Shown: positions 1-11,200 of the stretch, piece after piece | How the letters are laid out: each line of letters begins with the position of its first letter | How positions within the stretch are numbered: position 1 is the stretch's first letter | Assembly (NCBI RefSeq): GCF_036365525.1 | Contig: NC_090387.1 | Location: 76,941,300 to 77,005,299, forward strand | Origin: Heterodontus francisci | Taxonomy: Eukaryota | Length of the DNA: 64,000 nucleotides | Direction of reading: 5' to 3' | Notes under the pieces: generated by a model | Told to the model about the DNA's origin: nothing | Databases searched by the model: none | Seen by the model: only the letters and a program-made list of their open reading frames with translations | Position numbers and translations under genes: made by a program

Positions 1-320
1 TCTCTATCCCGCCTGAAGCATCGGTATCCTGGGATATTTAGTTGCCAATCATGCCCTTCCCTTAACCAAGTCTCAGTAATAGCAATAACATCATACTCCC
101 AGGTACTAATCCAAGCCCTAAGTTCATCTGCCTCACCGATTACACTTCTTGCATTAAAACAAATACACCTCAGACCACCAGTCCCTTTGCTTTCATCATC
201 TGCTCCCTGCCTACTCTTTCCCTTAGTCACGCTGACTTCATTATCTAGTTCCTTACTGGCTTTAGTTACTACATCCTTACTCTCCACTGACCTCATTTGG
301 TTCCCATCCCCCTGCCACAT
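1..320 (-). CDS. CR1 ORF2 N-terminus (APE endonuclease), open to the window edge
   Basis: ATG at 320-318 overlaps the ORF1 TAA. Frame reads MWQGDGNQ...GLRCICFNARSVIGEADELRAWISTWEYDVIAITETWLREGHDWQLNIPGYRCFRRDR with no stop. Confidence 0.85.
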   Translation of the reverse strand, partial: MWQGDGNQMRSVESKDVVTKASKELDNEVSVTKGKSRQGADDESKGTGGLRCICFNARSVIGEADELRAWISTWEYDVIAITETWLREGHDWQLNIPGYRCFRRDR

Positions 321-1267
321 TAGTTTAAACCCTCCCCAACAGCGTTAGCAAAAGCACCCCCAAGGACATTGGTTCCAGTCCGGCCCAGGTGTAGACCGTC
401 CAATTTGTAATAGTCCCACCTCCCCCAGAACCGGTCCCAATGTCCCAAAAATATAAACCCCTCCCTCCTGCACCATCTCTCAAGCCACGCATTCATCCTG
501 ACTATTCTTTCATTTCTACTCTGACTATTACGTGGCACTGGTAGCAATCCTGAGATTACTACCTCTGAGGTCCTACTTTTTAACTTGGCTCCTACCTCCC
601 TAAATTCTGCTTGTAGGACCTCATCCCGTTTTTTACCTATATCATTGGTGCCTATGTGCACAATGACAACTGGCTGTTCACCCTCCCCCTTCAGAATGTT
701 CTGCAGCTGATCTGAGACATCCCTGACCCGTGCACCTGGGAGGCAACATACCATTCGGGAGTCTCGTTTTCGACCACAGAACCGCCTATCTACTCCCCTT
801 ACAATCGAATCCCCTATGACTATAGCCCTTCCACTCTTTTTCCCGCCCTTCTGAACAGCAGAGTCAGCCACGGTGCCATGAACCTGGCTACTGCTGCCTT
901 CCCCTGGTGAGCCATCTCCCTCAACAGTATCCAAAACGGTATACCTGTTGTGGAGGGAGATGACCGCAGGGGACACCTGCGCTGCCTTCCTGCTCTTTCT
1001 CTGCCTTTTGGTCACCCATTCCCTTTCTCCCTCAGCAATCCTAATCTGCGGTGTGACCAATTCGCTAAACATGCTATCCACGACCTCCTCAGCATCGCGG
1101 ATGCTCCAAAGTGAGTCCATCTGCAGCTCCAGAGCCGTCATGCAGTCTAACAAGAGCTGCAGCTGGACACACTTCCTGCACGTGAAGGAGTCAGGGACAT
1201 CAGCCATGTCCCTGAGCTCCCACATTGAGCAAGAGGAGCATGTCACGGGTCTGAGATCTCCTGCCAT
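320..1267 (-). CDS. CR1 ORF1 protein (zinc finger / coiled-coil plus SGNH esterase domain), 315 aa
   Basis: CSSCSMW...CRKC, IVIGDSIVRG, HIGTNDI and DGLHL motifs typical of CR1 ORF1 esterases. Confidence 0.9.
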   Translation of the reverse strand: MAGDLRPVTCSSCSMWELRDMADVPDSFTCRKCVQLQLLLDCMTALELQMDSLWSIRDAEEVVDSMFSELVTPQIRIAEGEREWVTKRQRKSRKAAQVSPAVISLHNRYTVLDTVEGDGSPGEGSSSQVHGTVADSAVQKGGKKSGRAIVIGDSIVRGVDRRFCGRKRDSRMVCCLPGARVRDVSDQLQNILKGEGEQPVVIVHIGTNDIGKKRDEVLQAEFREVGAKLKSRTSEVVISGLLPVPRNSQSRNERIVRMNAWLERWCRREGFIFLGHWDRFWGRWDYYKLDGLHLGRTGTNVLGGAFANAVGEGLN

Positions 1268-1440
1268 TTTTAATCTTAAACTTAAACTTAGTTAAATGAA
1301 AAAGGAACGAAAAGTTTTTAACCAATCACACTATAAATCAAAAAAGAGAAATAGAAAAAGGCTTACCTTATCTACACACCACCGAGTCCTTTTTTTTTGG
1401 TTCGAGGAGGAGGGCGGGTGGTGTAGTGTCTCGGGTTCAG

Positions 1441-2128
1441 AAACGGCCCAAATATATGGGGATTTACTTACCCAGCAACCCCCTGGTCTCCGCCGAAAAC
1501 AAAAGGAAATTAAGTTTACTTTAAACTGACCTTCCCAGCTTCTCACTCGCTCGCACTCTCTGCTCCCAAAAAAGCTGCTGCAATGAAAGGCAAGTTATTT
1601 TAAACGGCCCAAATATACGGGGTTTTACTTACCCAGCAGCCCCCTGGTCTCCGCCGAAAGCAAAAGGAAATTAAGTTTACTTTAAACTGACCTTCCCAGC
1701 TGCTCACTCGCTCGCACTCTCTGCTCCCGAAAAAGCTGCTGCAATGAAAGGCAAGTTATTTTAAACGGCCCAAATATATCGGGTTTTACTTACCCAGCAA
1801 CCCCCTGGTCTCCGCCGAAAACAAAAGGAAATTAAGTTTACTTTAAACTGACCTTCCCAGCTGCTCACACGCTCGCACTCTCTGCTCCCGAAAAAGCTGC
1901 TGCAATGAAAGACAAGTTATTTTAAACGGCCCAAATATATGGGGTTTTACTTACCCAGCAGCCCCCTGGTCTCCGCCGAAAACAAAAGGAAATTAAGTTT
2001 ACTTTAAACTGACCTTCCCAGCTGCTCACTCGCTCGCACTCTCTGCTCCCGAAAAAGCTGCTGCAATGAAAGACAAGTTATTTTAAACGGCCCAAATATA
2101 TGGGGTTTTACTTACCCAGCAGCCCCCT
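1441..2128. repeat. Tandem array of 161-bp units (4 full plus 1 partial) in the CR1 5' UTR
   Basis: AAACGGCCCAAATA recurs at 1441, 1602, 1763, 1924 and 2085; units are nearly identical. Confidence 0.95.
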
Positions 2129-2131
2129 GAT

Positions 2132-4650
2132 GGGGCTGGATTTTAAAGACCTTCCCCCATCGGAAATGTTGATGGTGGAGAGAAATGGAGATCTGTGTGG
2201 CGGAGGCCCACCACCGACTCCGACGGCAACAAGCCCCATTCCGATCTCGAATGAGGCTCTCATCGTATTACGTAGGGGGCGGCACAGCCGGCGCCATTTT
2301 GGAAGCCCAGCCCAGAGTCATGTGATGGGGCCCTGTTTAAAGGGCAGTCAGCATAGAAGCTATGACTGCACCCTCAAAGGGTCCCTGGAAGTGAGACTAC
2401 TGCAATTGACGACATCCATCTGAATGGAGAGACAGGGCATACCAGAGTAAAAGATGGCAGCAAGATGCCCTCCTGCCTGACCAAGGCAACCTGCCTTGTA
2501 ATGGCAGAGCAGATCAGTAGCCATGGTGCCACCCTTCACAACTTGGTGCAGTGCCGCAAAATGATGAATGACCTGCTAAAAAATGTGAGCATTTTTGCCG
2601 ATGTCTATCAGGGCTCCACTGAAACTGAGTGCAATCACACAGAGTGGCATATGTGTGCTGCTACTGTGCCAAACAATGAGAGGTTGGGCGGGGAGGGAAG
2701 AAGCAACATGAATGGTGCAATGTATGACATGACTTATCCTTTTCTGGTGCTCAGGGAATGGCGCCTAAATGAGTGCTTCACTCAGTAATGCACACCGATT
2801 ACACCCACCTTTGTAGCCAGCAACCCACTTTAGACATATGCCGTCCTGTTGAAATGCCATCCATAATATCTGTCTTCTTGCTCCTCCAGGCAAAGAGGGC
2901 CGACAATTTGAGGAAGGCATCCAACCCCTGTGGAGGCCCAGCACTAATACAAAAGTTAACAGACGCGGTGCAGGAGGCCCTGCAGCTGGAACCATGACAG
3001 CCGCCATGCTCATTTGGCCAAGTTGACACCGGGCTCCAAGGTTAGCATACATCCAATTGATATTAATGATGAGCACTGTGGAATGTCAGTTCTGTGATGT
3101 GATGCTGCTGAAATTGTGAAATGTGCTATGTCAAGACTGACAGTGTCCTCTTCCCATTGTGTCTTCCAGGTGAAAGAACAGAGCTGACCCTGACTACGCA
3201 GTTCACATCACACACCTTGGAAGAAGAGCCAGACTCTGAGAAAGCAGCGTCCCAGGACACTAACGCACCTTCCACAAACACTGTGGATACTGTCACTTCC
3301 GTGGGTATCCGTCCAGCCTTAGAATATGGGTCACAATCTGGTGAGAGCATTGCATGCACACCCAAACAGTTGGCTGACGCTGAGACAGCTGAGGCCCCTG
3401 TGAGTGGCCAGGCCCATGCTGAGCCCCAGGTGACTGATGACCTTATGACGTCGACAGCACATGGCATGATGGAGCTGATGAATACGTTTTGGCAACAGCA
3501 CGTGGAGATGCCATAGGTCATGCACAACGTTGAGTGGACAATGGGGAAGTCCATCCAGACGATAACTGCTGCCATGTCCCAGGCATATGAGCAGCTGGCA
3601 TCATGCATGGAGGCAGCGGTGGCCCTCTTGTTGAACTAAATCCCATTGATTCGTGCTGACCTGCAAGCCCTCGCCACAGCCATGACATCCAATCAGCAGT
3701 GGTAAACCGAGAGAGGGACCAGGGGCATGGAGACTGCCCCTGCCCCTGGTCCTTTCGAGGAGAGCAGAGGGGTTTCAAGGAACCCTGAGCTGGAGGAGAC
3801 AAGCCAACGCACCATGCATGGGGTCCCCCTTCCAGATGATTCCAATGTGGACGCCAGCCCCTCTGCTCCTCCATGTGTAAGTCAATCTCCAGCAACCGCA
3901 ACAGCTGATGAGGGTTCTGTGATGACCCCAGACAGCCGGGGCCCTCCAGGCCTTGTGCGCACAGAGGATGACTGCTAATGTCATCGACGGACAAAAGGCA
4001 ATCAGAACAGCAGCCCTCCTCCAGGCAGGCTGCTAGCACAGAGGTTGCACTGAGGAAGGGCACTCGCAAGTGTTTAAAAAGAATGCACTCTCACTAATGG
4101 GAATGCCCAGGTCTAACAGCAATGTAAATATGTCTTTCACTAAATCTCCTTCACCAACATGTAAGTCCTTTTTTCTCTGTGAATGATGTGTGCCCCCATA
4201 TAGCACAGTTGGCCCTTTAGGAAAGCTAAAGTACACAATAAAATCATTGCCATGCCACCATTACTCATGAGTATCTCCACGATGCAGTGACATGGAAAAT
4301 AGCTCAGTCAGCTGCTGCCTCTACTGGTTTACACAGAGATGCTGCAGATGTGGACTGGTGCACAACAGGTGAGTGACGGTGATGTGTGGCTTGCAGAGCT
4401 CATGACACTTCCTATGGAGCAGAGAGCCTTTGTCTGATAAGGCACTGCTGTACACCCCTAGCTCATTGCTAATCATGCATGTTGGGCCTGGGTGCCATCT
4501 GCCCTCCCATGCACCTTTCCTGTTGTAGGTCCTCAGCGTCCTCATAGTCCGAGGAGGAATCCTGTTACTGTCTCTCCTCATCATGCCAGGCCAACCCCCG
4601 ATTGGGTGGATAGTTGTGCAGAGCACATACATTTTGTCAGGTATTCGGAA
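2132..4650 (+). mobile_element. Degenerate PIF/Harbinger-like transposon (Myb/SANT-gene remnant)
   Basis: TKATCLVMAEQISSHGATLHNLVQCRKMMNDLLK resembles the Myb/SANT-like domain of Harbinger accessory proteins; part of 3350-3430 resembles 43780-43850 in the second Harbinger copy. Right boundary uncertain. Confidence 0.5.
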
Positions 4651-7379
4651 TAAACCCTAGCAAAAATGTGAGGAAAAAAATGAAGCAGCGCCTTTGACCT
4701 CCTAGATATTAACCTTTCTCACTCCAGAATGCATCAGTGTGTGATAAAAACACTCTTGCTGGTGCCGCCTGATTATTTGCAACCTAAACGAGACTCGCTA
4801 CGGCTACCAATTATAACTTAGGTGATATTATACACCAATAACGCTGGTAAATCTTAAGTTGAGCTTCAAACCCCTGCCTGTCTATCAGAATACCATTTCT
4901 ATCCATGTCGTCAACATCTTACCACTCGCTTCCCCACTGCAGCCAAACATGCGTTTGTCAATTGCTCAGCCGACTATTCTAATGTTTACCTCACCGGCGC
5001 TCTTCTTTGTCATTGTCGGTTCCCTGATATCTTTACAACGGTAATGAATAAAAATCCAAGAACTAACTAGCTAACAGCAGTGTGGGAACAAGCTGATCAC
5101 TTGGACTTTTAACATTTAATTCGAACGTCTGCTATTACTTGCTCATGCGAAACTAGAGATGGGCAACAAAATGGTGGCCTTGCCAATGATGCTCACACAC
5201 CAAGAATAAATTGTAAATTTTAAACTAAGCGCAATTGCACTTATGCCAAGGTATTTGATGTCACCACGTCCCGTTTGGTTGAATGTTATCAGCGCACCGC
5301 TCTCCACTGTGAAGTTGGCAGCCTTCTCACACAGAACTGCTGCCGCCGGGCCCTTGCGATATTAGGCGCGGGGCTGATTTAAATGTAAGGGCCGGAGCAG
5401 CGGCCTCATGATGTAAGGGGCGACCGCCGCGTCGCCGGCAGCGGCGTCCGGCGCCACCGCTCAGGAGCCGGCGCCATTTTTAAAGGGCTACAAGCCCTTC
5501 ATGAGAGATTTGAATCTTTAAATGAAAATTACCTTTTAATATTTTAAAATACAAATTAAAAGCAGGAGGCCATTTCCCAACCGTATGGTTGTTTTATCTG
5601 CCAATCTGGTAGGCATTACTTATATTCCTCCCTGAACTTTCCCCCCTAATCTGGCCTCTTTTGCCCTTCAACCCTTTCCCACCATCCCTACAGCCAATAA
5701 AAAAGGTTTACCCCGCTTTCCCCCGCATCCTTCCCTGAAAATTTTAGTCCTCACCAACCGCCACCACCACCGCCCCCCCCCCACCCCCCCCCCCCCACCT
5801 CTCCCCCCCCCCCGCCCCCCCCCCCACCTTCCCCAGCAACCAGTGTCTCGCCTCGGAACTCCAATGGCGTTCTGAAATTGCGGCCAGTTGGCTGTAAAAT
5901 CGGCGTAGGACGGCCGTCGGCGGCAGTTAAGTTAAATCTATTTAGTTTCAAATTTTAATGAAGGGGGGCTGCACCGAGGCGCCGCTGCTGACGCTAATAT
6001 CCAACGGGGCCTTCTCGGCGCCGTGGCGGACCGCTCCCACTTGCATTTTATGAGCCTCCTCACCACGGCCACGGCGTCGAAGGGCTGGTAAGATTTAGTT
6101 CTTCAGGTGAGAAGCATGTCTTTTAACCACTCTTTTCCAGTCAGTTATGGATAAATGATGAATGAAGACCTCATTATTATACTCCAATGTTCTTGCATAT
6201 TTCTGCAATTTTCCTGCAGACTTGCTTCTCTAACCCCTTCCTGCTATTTAGTAGCTAATAGATATATATGTCATGTTTGCCCCTTCATTATTAGTTAATT
6301 CTGCACAAGTAAGTTCTGTTTTTGAACCCTCACTTGCATATTACATTTCTAGTGCTGTAACAGTAACTGTAGAATATTTTTACCCTGTCCGATCCCTCCT
6401 ATTTCGGAACTACTCTTTATTCTAATGCGGGTTGTCTCTCCCAGTCCTCTGTGCACCTTATATCCCATCTCCAATGCTTCATCTTGGTGCTCCTGTCTCC
6501 CAGCATTACCTAACCTTCCAGGAAGGCATTGATCCCATCCCTGTTGAGATGCAGTTCTTACATGGAAAGAAGAAAGAAAACAAGCCAGCAAGCAAGCAAG
6601 AAAAAGAGCAAAGAAAAAAACATGAAAAACAGACAGATCGATTTACGAGGGCAGTTGCAGCTATTTAACGCCTTACCTGAAAGACAACATCTTTGGTATT
6701 GACGCACTCCTCTAGCTTATGTGCTGAAGTCTCTGGAGTGCGGGATCAACTCACAATGGTCTGAGATGCAAGTATGCTACCAGTGAGTATGATGGAGACC
6801 AACAGAAGTCTTGTTGAATACTATCTCCTTAAACTTACTTGGAGCATCAACATGGGAGATCCATAAACCTACAAATGTTCCCGTGCGAGTAAGAGATTCT
6901 GCAGCTGTGTAGTAAGCTGGGTTCCTGGGATGTATAATAGGAATAATGCACCACTCGAATGAGCTAATGTTGAAATCGGTTTGTACAAAACAAAACTAAG
7001 AATAAGTGCGCTTATTCCAAGCAAATGCTTCACTGTCTCACATCCTGACTATAACATTGGTGCGAGCTTTATCTTACCATCCTCCAACCAACAAGCTCAC
7101 ACTTGACACTTGAACGCTTTTTGCAAACATGTGGCGCAACCATCCAGGGCCATATCTGGTTGGACTAAGTGAAGCTTCGAAGAGTCCCATTGTTCCTTGC
7201 CACAACTACCTACTGCTCTGTAATTGTCCTGGATAGTAAAGGTAACCAAATATTTGCTTCCCCCTAGCAACCACCTCACAGAATTGTTGGAGCGAAGAAG
7301 CAGGCCATTCGGCCCATCGTGTCTGCACCGGCTCTCAGAATGAGTACCTGCTGACACCTTTCTCCCCTGATCAAAAGTT

Positions 7380-7950
7380 CAGACTTTCTTGTCATTAAAA
7401 AAGAACATCTGCTTAATGACCTGTACTGCTTCTTTTTTTCCACTTGAATACCACACCAAATCTCTCCTCCACGTCATACCATACCCCGACACCCTGTTGC
7501 TCTTTTTTTCCCCATGTACCCTCTAAGAACGTCTTATCCACATGAACCACCTCCTGCTCCATAGACCCTATGTGGGCTTAACCGCTGACCACCCAACTTC
7601 CTTTTACCGGCCCCATGATAGCTACCATTTTAAATGGCTGCTTCTCTGAAGAAACTATCCCTTTCCTTTGGAAACCATTGTCATCATGCCTTCTCAATAA
7701 ACTCACACTCAACCGTGCTCTCCTGGCAACTGCCACCACCCAGATGCTGCTTCAATCTCTGCACACAGTTTTCCACCTCTCGCATAACACAAAAACAGTC
7801 CGAAACACCGTCATGAATTGCCACTTGTGTGCCTGTGAACATGATGCGTAATCTCATTTTTCTGCTCTGAACCTCTCTGCAACCTTTGGCCTGGTCAACC
7901 AAATCACTATTCTCCAACGCTTTAACGCTGTTATCCCTCCTGCCTAGACG
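7380..7950 (+). mobile_element. Old L2-like LINE fragment
   Basis: Degraded, frameshifted ORF2-like translation (PMIATILNGCFSEETIP...LNKLTLN) resembling the pre-RT region of L2 elements. Confidence 0.5.
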
Positions 7951-8241
7951 ATCGTTACTTGTTAGGAAACAAAACTGACTCCGCGAGTGCTAGCAAGTTC
8001 AGCATTTGCAAATCAAATTTTTCCCTTACGTTTTGCTGTCCGTGACATGTGTGATCAAGCAGTTGAATAATTGCAGAAGTTAGAAAATACCACACAACAA
8101 ACGAAGCTTTATTTCTGAGCTCGCACTTACAGGATGTCACACATCATTACAATGTGTCTCAGAGAAAAGTAACCACAAACTCTTGACGGTTGCAAACTCG
8201 CAGTTACTGCAGAGAATCATCAGTTGGATCCGTTGTTAAGA

Positions 8242-8284
8242 ATGTTAGCGAGTATGGTTTTTCTGTGTCTGAGTATTCACACAG
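8242..8284 (+). CDS. Gene A leader exon ([14 protein letters not shown])
   Basis: ATG, hydrophobic core, phase-1 donor ACAG|gtacca. Confidence 0.75.
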
Positions 8285-11200
8285 GTACCATTGCATTCAT
8301 TGCCCCAGTTACTTTTGATTTATAAAATGCTGCGTTATTAATTTAGCGAACCGTATTTTCTCTATCTAGATTATGTTTTACTGCCTTCTCTCTTCTGCCT
8401 TCATGGTGTATCTGCTATAATTAACCTGTACTTGTTATATTTCTGACAGCTGCTGACCACACTTCGTTCAGTGTGTCTCAAGCGCCCAAAGAAGCGATTG
8501 TATCTACAGGGGGGAACATCACTTTCTATTGTATATTTCCCATCTCTCAGGAACATTCCTGGGTACAGGTATTATGGTGGAAACAGGGTGAGAATGAATA
8601 CTTGCGCAGAAGCGCAGAAGGGAGAAGACGGTTTGGTCTGAAAAGTAAAGCAAGCGGTTACTTTCAGTTACTGAGCGTAAATATCCAAGACTCTGGAGTG
8701 TATCACTGCGCAGTGATCCGTCAGGGAGTACTGCGAGGAAATGGAACTGGATCACATCTAATTGTGCATGGTAAGTGTGAAAATCAGGAGAGCGGGACCG
8801 CCCTAAATATATCGAACATAACACACGGGGATGTTTTGAGACTGTTCTATCGCATCGTTTTTTCTTTGTATAGACATGACTATTAATACATTTCTCCATA
8901 AGTTAAATTATCTATTCGTCTTCTCTGTATTGAACTGCTAATTAAACATTCAATATCACAGGCAGAGTACTGCAAAATGTATCAATCTTAACCAATTGGA
9001 CTGTAATTATAAAGGCAATTTATACAGCAGATGTCTGTCAGTGCACATTGGGAACAAATTCCAAGCATTTAATTGACTGAAAATCGTTTATGTTAATGTG
9101 ACTCAACCAACATGCACACGGCTCTTAGCCCAGTTTTGATGTTCTGTCTACCCCCATCACTGTCTTGGCTGTTTAATATTTCTGAAATGAAGTCTCACAT
9201 AATGATAGCTTTGGGGATTTGAAAGCAATTTTACAGCGAACTGTTGACGAATGGATTCGCTCAGCAAACTCGAGTTGGAAACCTAAAGTTATCAGCTCAC
9301 TAACTTCCAATAAATTAGACTATAGAGAGGGACTATGTTGCTGAAACCTCCTGAGGTCCAACTGTGAGTTGCGAGTTATTCCTACACCGATTAAGCCCTC
9401 CTTTTATCATTAGGGCACTGCCTATCTGTGCATATCAAACACGAAAAGACTTAACGCATCCACTTGCCACCAATGTTAATGGACTTAATTCTTTGTACTA
9501 TGATTAGCATTAAACATTGATTAGCAAATTGTTGCGACTTGTCTGCCATGGAACTCAAAGTCAGGTAAAATTGAACAGATGCCAATCGTTATGAGAGTCA
9601 TAGAGTAGTCGAGTTGTACAGCATAGAAACAGGCCCGTCGGCCCACTGCGTCCATGTCGACCATAATGCCTATCTATACTACTCCGACCTGCCTACATTA
9701 ATTCCATATCCTTTTATGCCTTGTTCATTCAAGTACCTGTCTAGATGCCTCTTAAATGTTGCTACTGTTCCTGCCTCCACAACCTCCTCTGGCAGCTCAT
9801 TCCAGATACCCACTATTCTTTGTCTGAAACTTTTACCTCTTTGATCCCCTTTAAACCTCCTCCCTCTCACCTTAAATCTATGCCCTCTAGTTTTAGTCAC
9901 CGCTACCATGAGAAACAGATTCTGGTTCTCTACCCTACCTATGTCTTTCATAATTTTATATACCTCTATCATGTCCTCTCTCAGCCTCCGTCGCTCCAGG
10001 GAAAACAGAGATAAGGACGAGATATGTTTAGATGATGTGTGCAGCATGAAAAGGACAGGATTGCGACTGCTGCTATTGTGAGAAAACGGGCCGAATGCAA
10101 ATCAGAATCATATTTAATGTCTCACAATGATACACAATAACTTGACTTTGCTCATTCTCATTTCCGCAGTGGCCCCAACCCCACTAAAGATTGTCTCTAG
10201 GACTCCACAAAGGAATACATCTGCGTTTCTCACTCTTGTGTGTGAAACGGCTTCGTTTTATCCGGAAAATTTCACACTCACTTGGTACAAAAATGGCATC
10301 GAAACTGCCTTTGGAATACATACCAATAAAGTACAGAACACTGAGGGACTGTACGAAGTTTCCAGTTCTTTGGTTGAAACGCAATCTGTCCCGAGCGACA
10401 CCAATTATAGCTGCTTGGTATCCCATGTCTCCCTCAGGACTCCAGCTGTTGTCATCCATACTGTTTCTAAGTCCAATCAAGGTAGGAGACCAATAATTCA
10501 AAAAGGAGAATCAGCTACCGTTAAATTGGTAAAGAGATATATCCTACGCTCTGTGCATGTTAATAGTCATGATGATAGTCTACAGAAATCCCATGGGAAA
10601 TATCAAAGAAGATATCACATTCATGTTTATACAATAGAAATAAAGCCGTTGTGTTGTAAAAGCTGGCGCACAGATATTCTCAGTCAAACCTTATTTGCTT
10701 TCAGATTCCTTTAATTGTTATATATATCTAATAAACAAGAGTTTATATTTTCTTTACTATAATATTGCCTTACCTGCATATTATTAATGCCTTTTTAGTT
10801 TCTATACTTCCTATTTTAAACTATTTTATTCTTTACTGTTGCACCAAAACTGTTAATAGGAGCTGCAGTCATGTTGTTTGCACCATGACTTCTTTCAATG
10901 TCGTTCCCGATCCTGCCCAATTTTCGGCTACTTCCAGTGCAGAGCTCTGCAATTAACACTTGCACATAGTTTACTCCTCACCCGTTCACGAAAGGTTTAA
11001 CTGGGATCTGCTTCATAAACTTCATGGAAACTGTGCCCGCGGTACACCGTGAAAGAATAATCAATGAGCCAACGCTTGTTGATCTCCAATTGTATCCTTT
11101 CTTTAGTAAGCACAGTTCAGACAATGAACTGATTTATAATCGATTGTTGTAATCCAGAATTTGTGCGGATAGCGAAGAAACGCATGTGAAAAATCGCCTT

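Larger units (their letters stand above)
1..2128 (-). mobile_element. CR1-clade LINE, 5' portion (5' UTR monomers, ORF1, start of ORF2), running off the left edge of the window
   Basis: Intact ORF1 with zinc-finger-like CxxC pairs and an SGNH esterase domain, followed directly by an APE endonuclease frame; tandem repeat in the 5' UTR. Confidence 0.92.

Noticed and set aside
1441-2128. Regular repeat array as a possible CRISPR
   Set aside because: Contiguous 161-bp units without unique spacers, in eukaryotic LINE context.
5340-6100. CpG-rich stretch with a poly-C tract as a CpG-island promoter or G-quadruplex element
   Set aside because: No linked exon found; more likely a repeat remnant plus low-complexity sequence, and I cannot support a function.
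8704-8715. Palindrome CACTGCGCAGTG at the V-domain second cysteine, resembling paired RSS heptamers
   Set aside because: Explained by His-Cys-Ala-Val codons; no nonamer seen at 12/23 spacing; not present in genes B or D.
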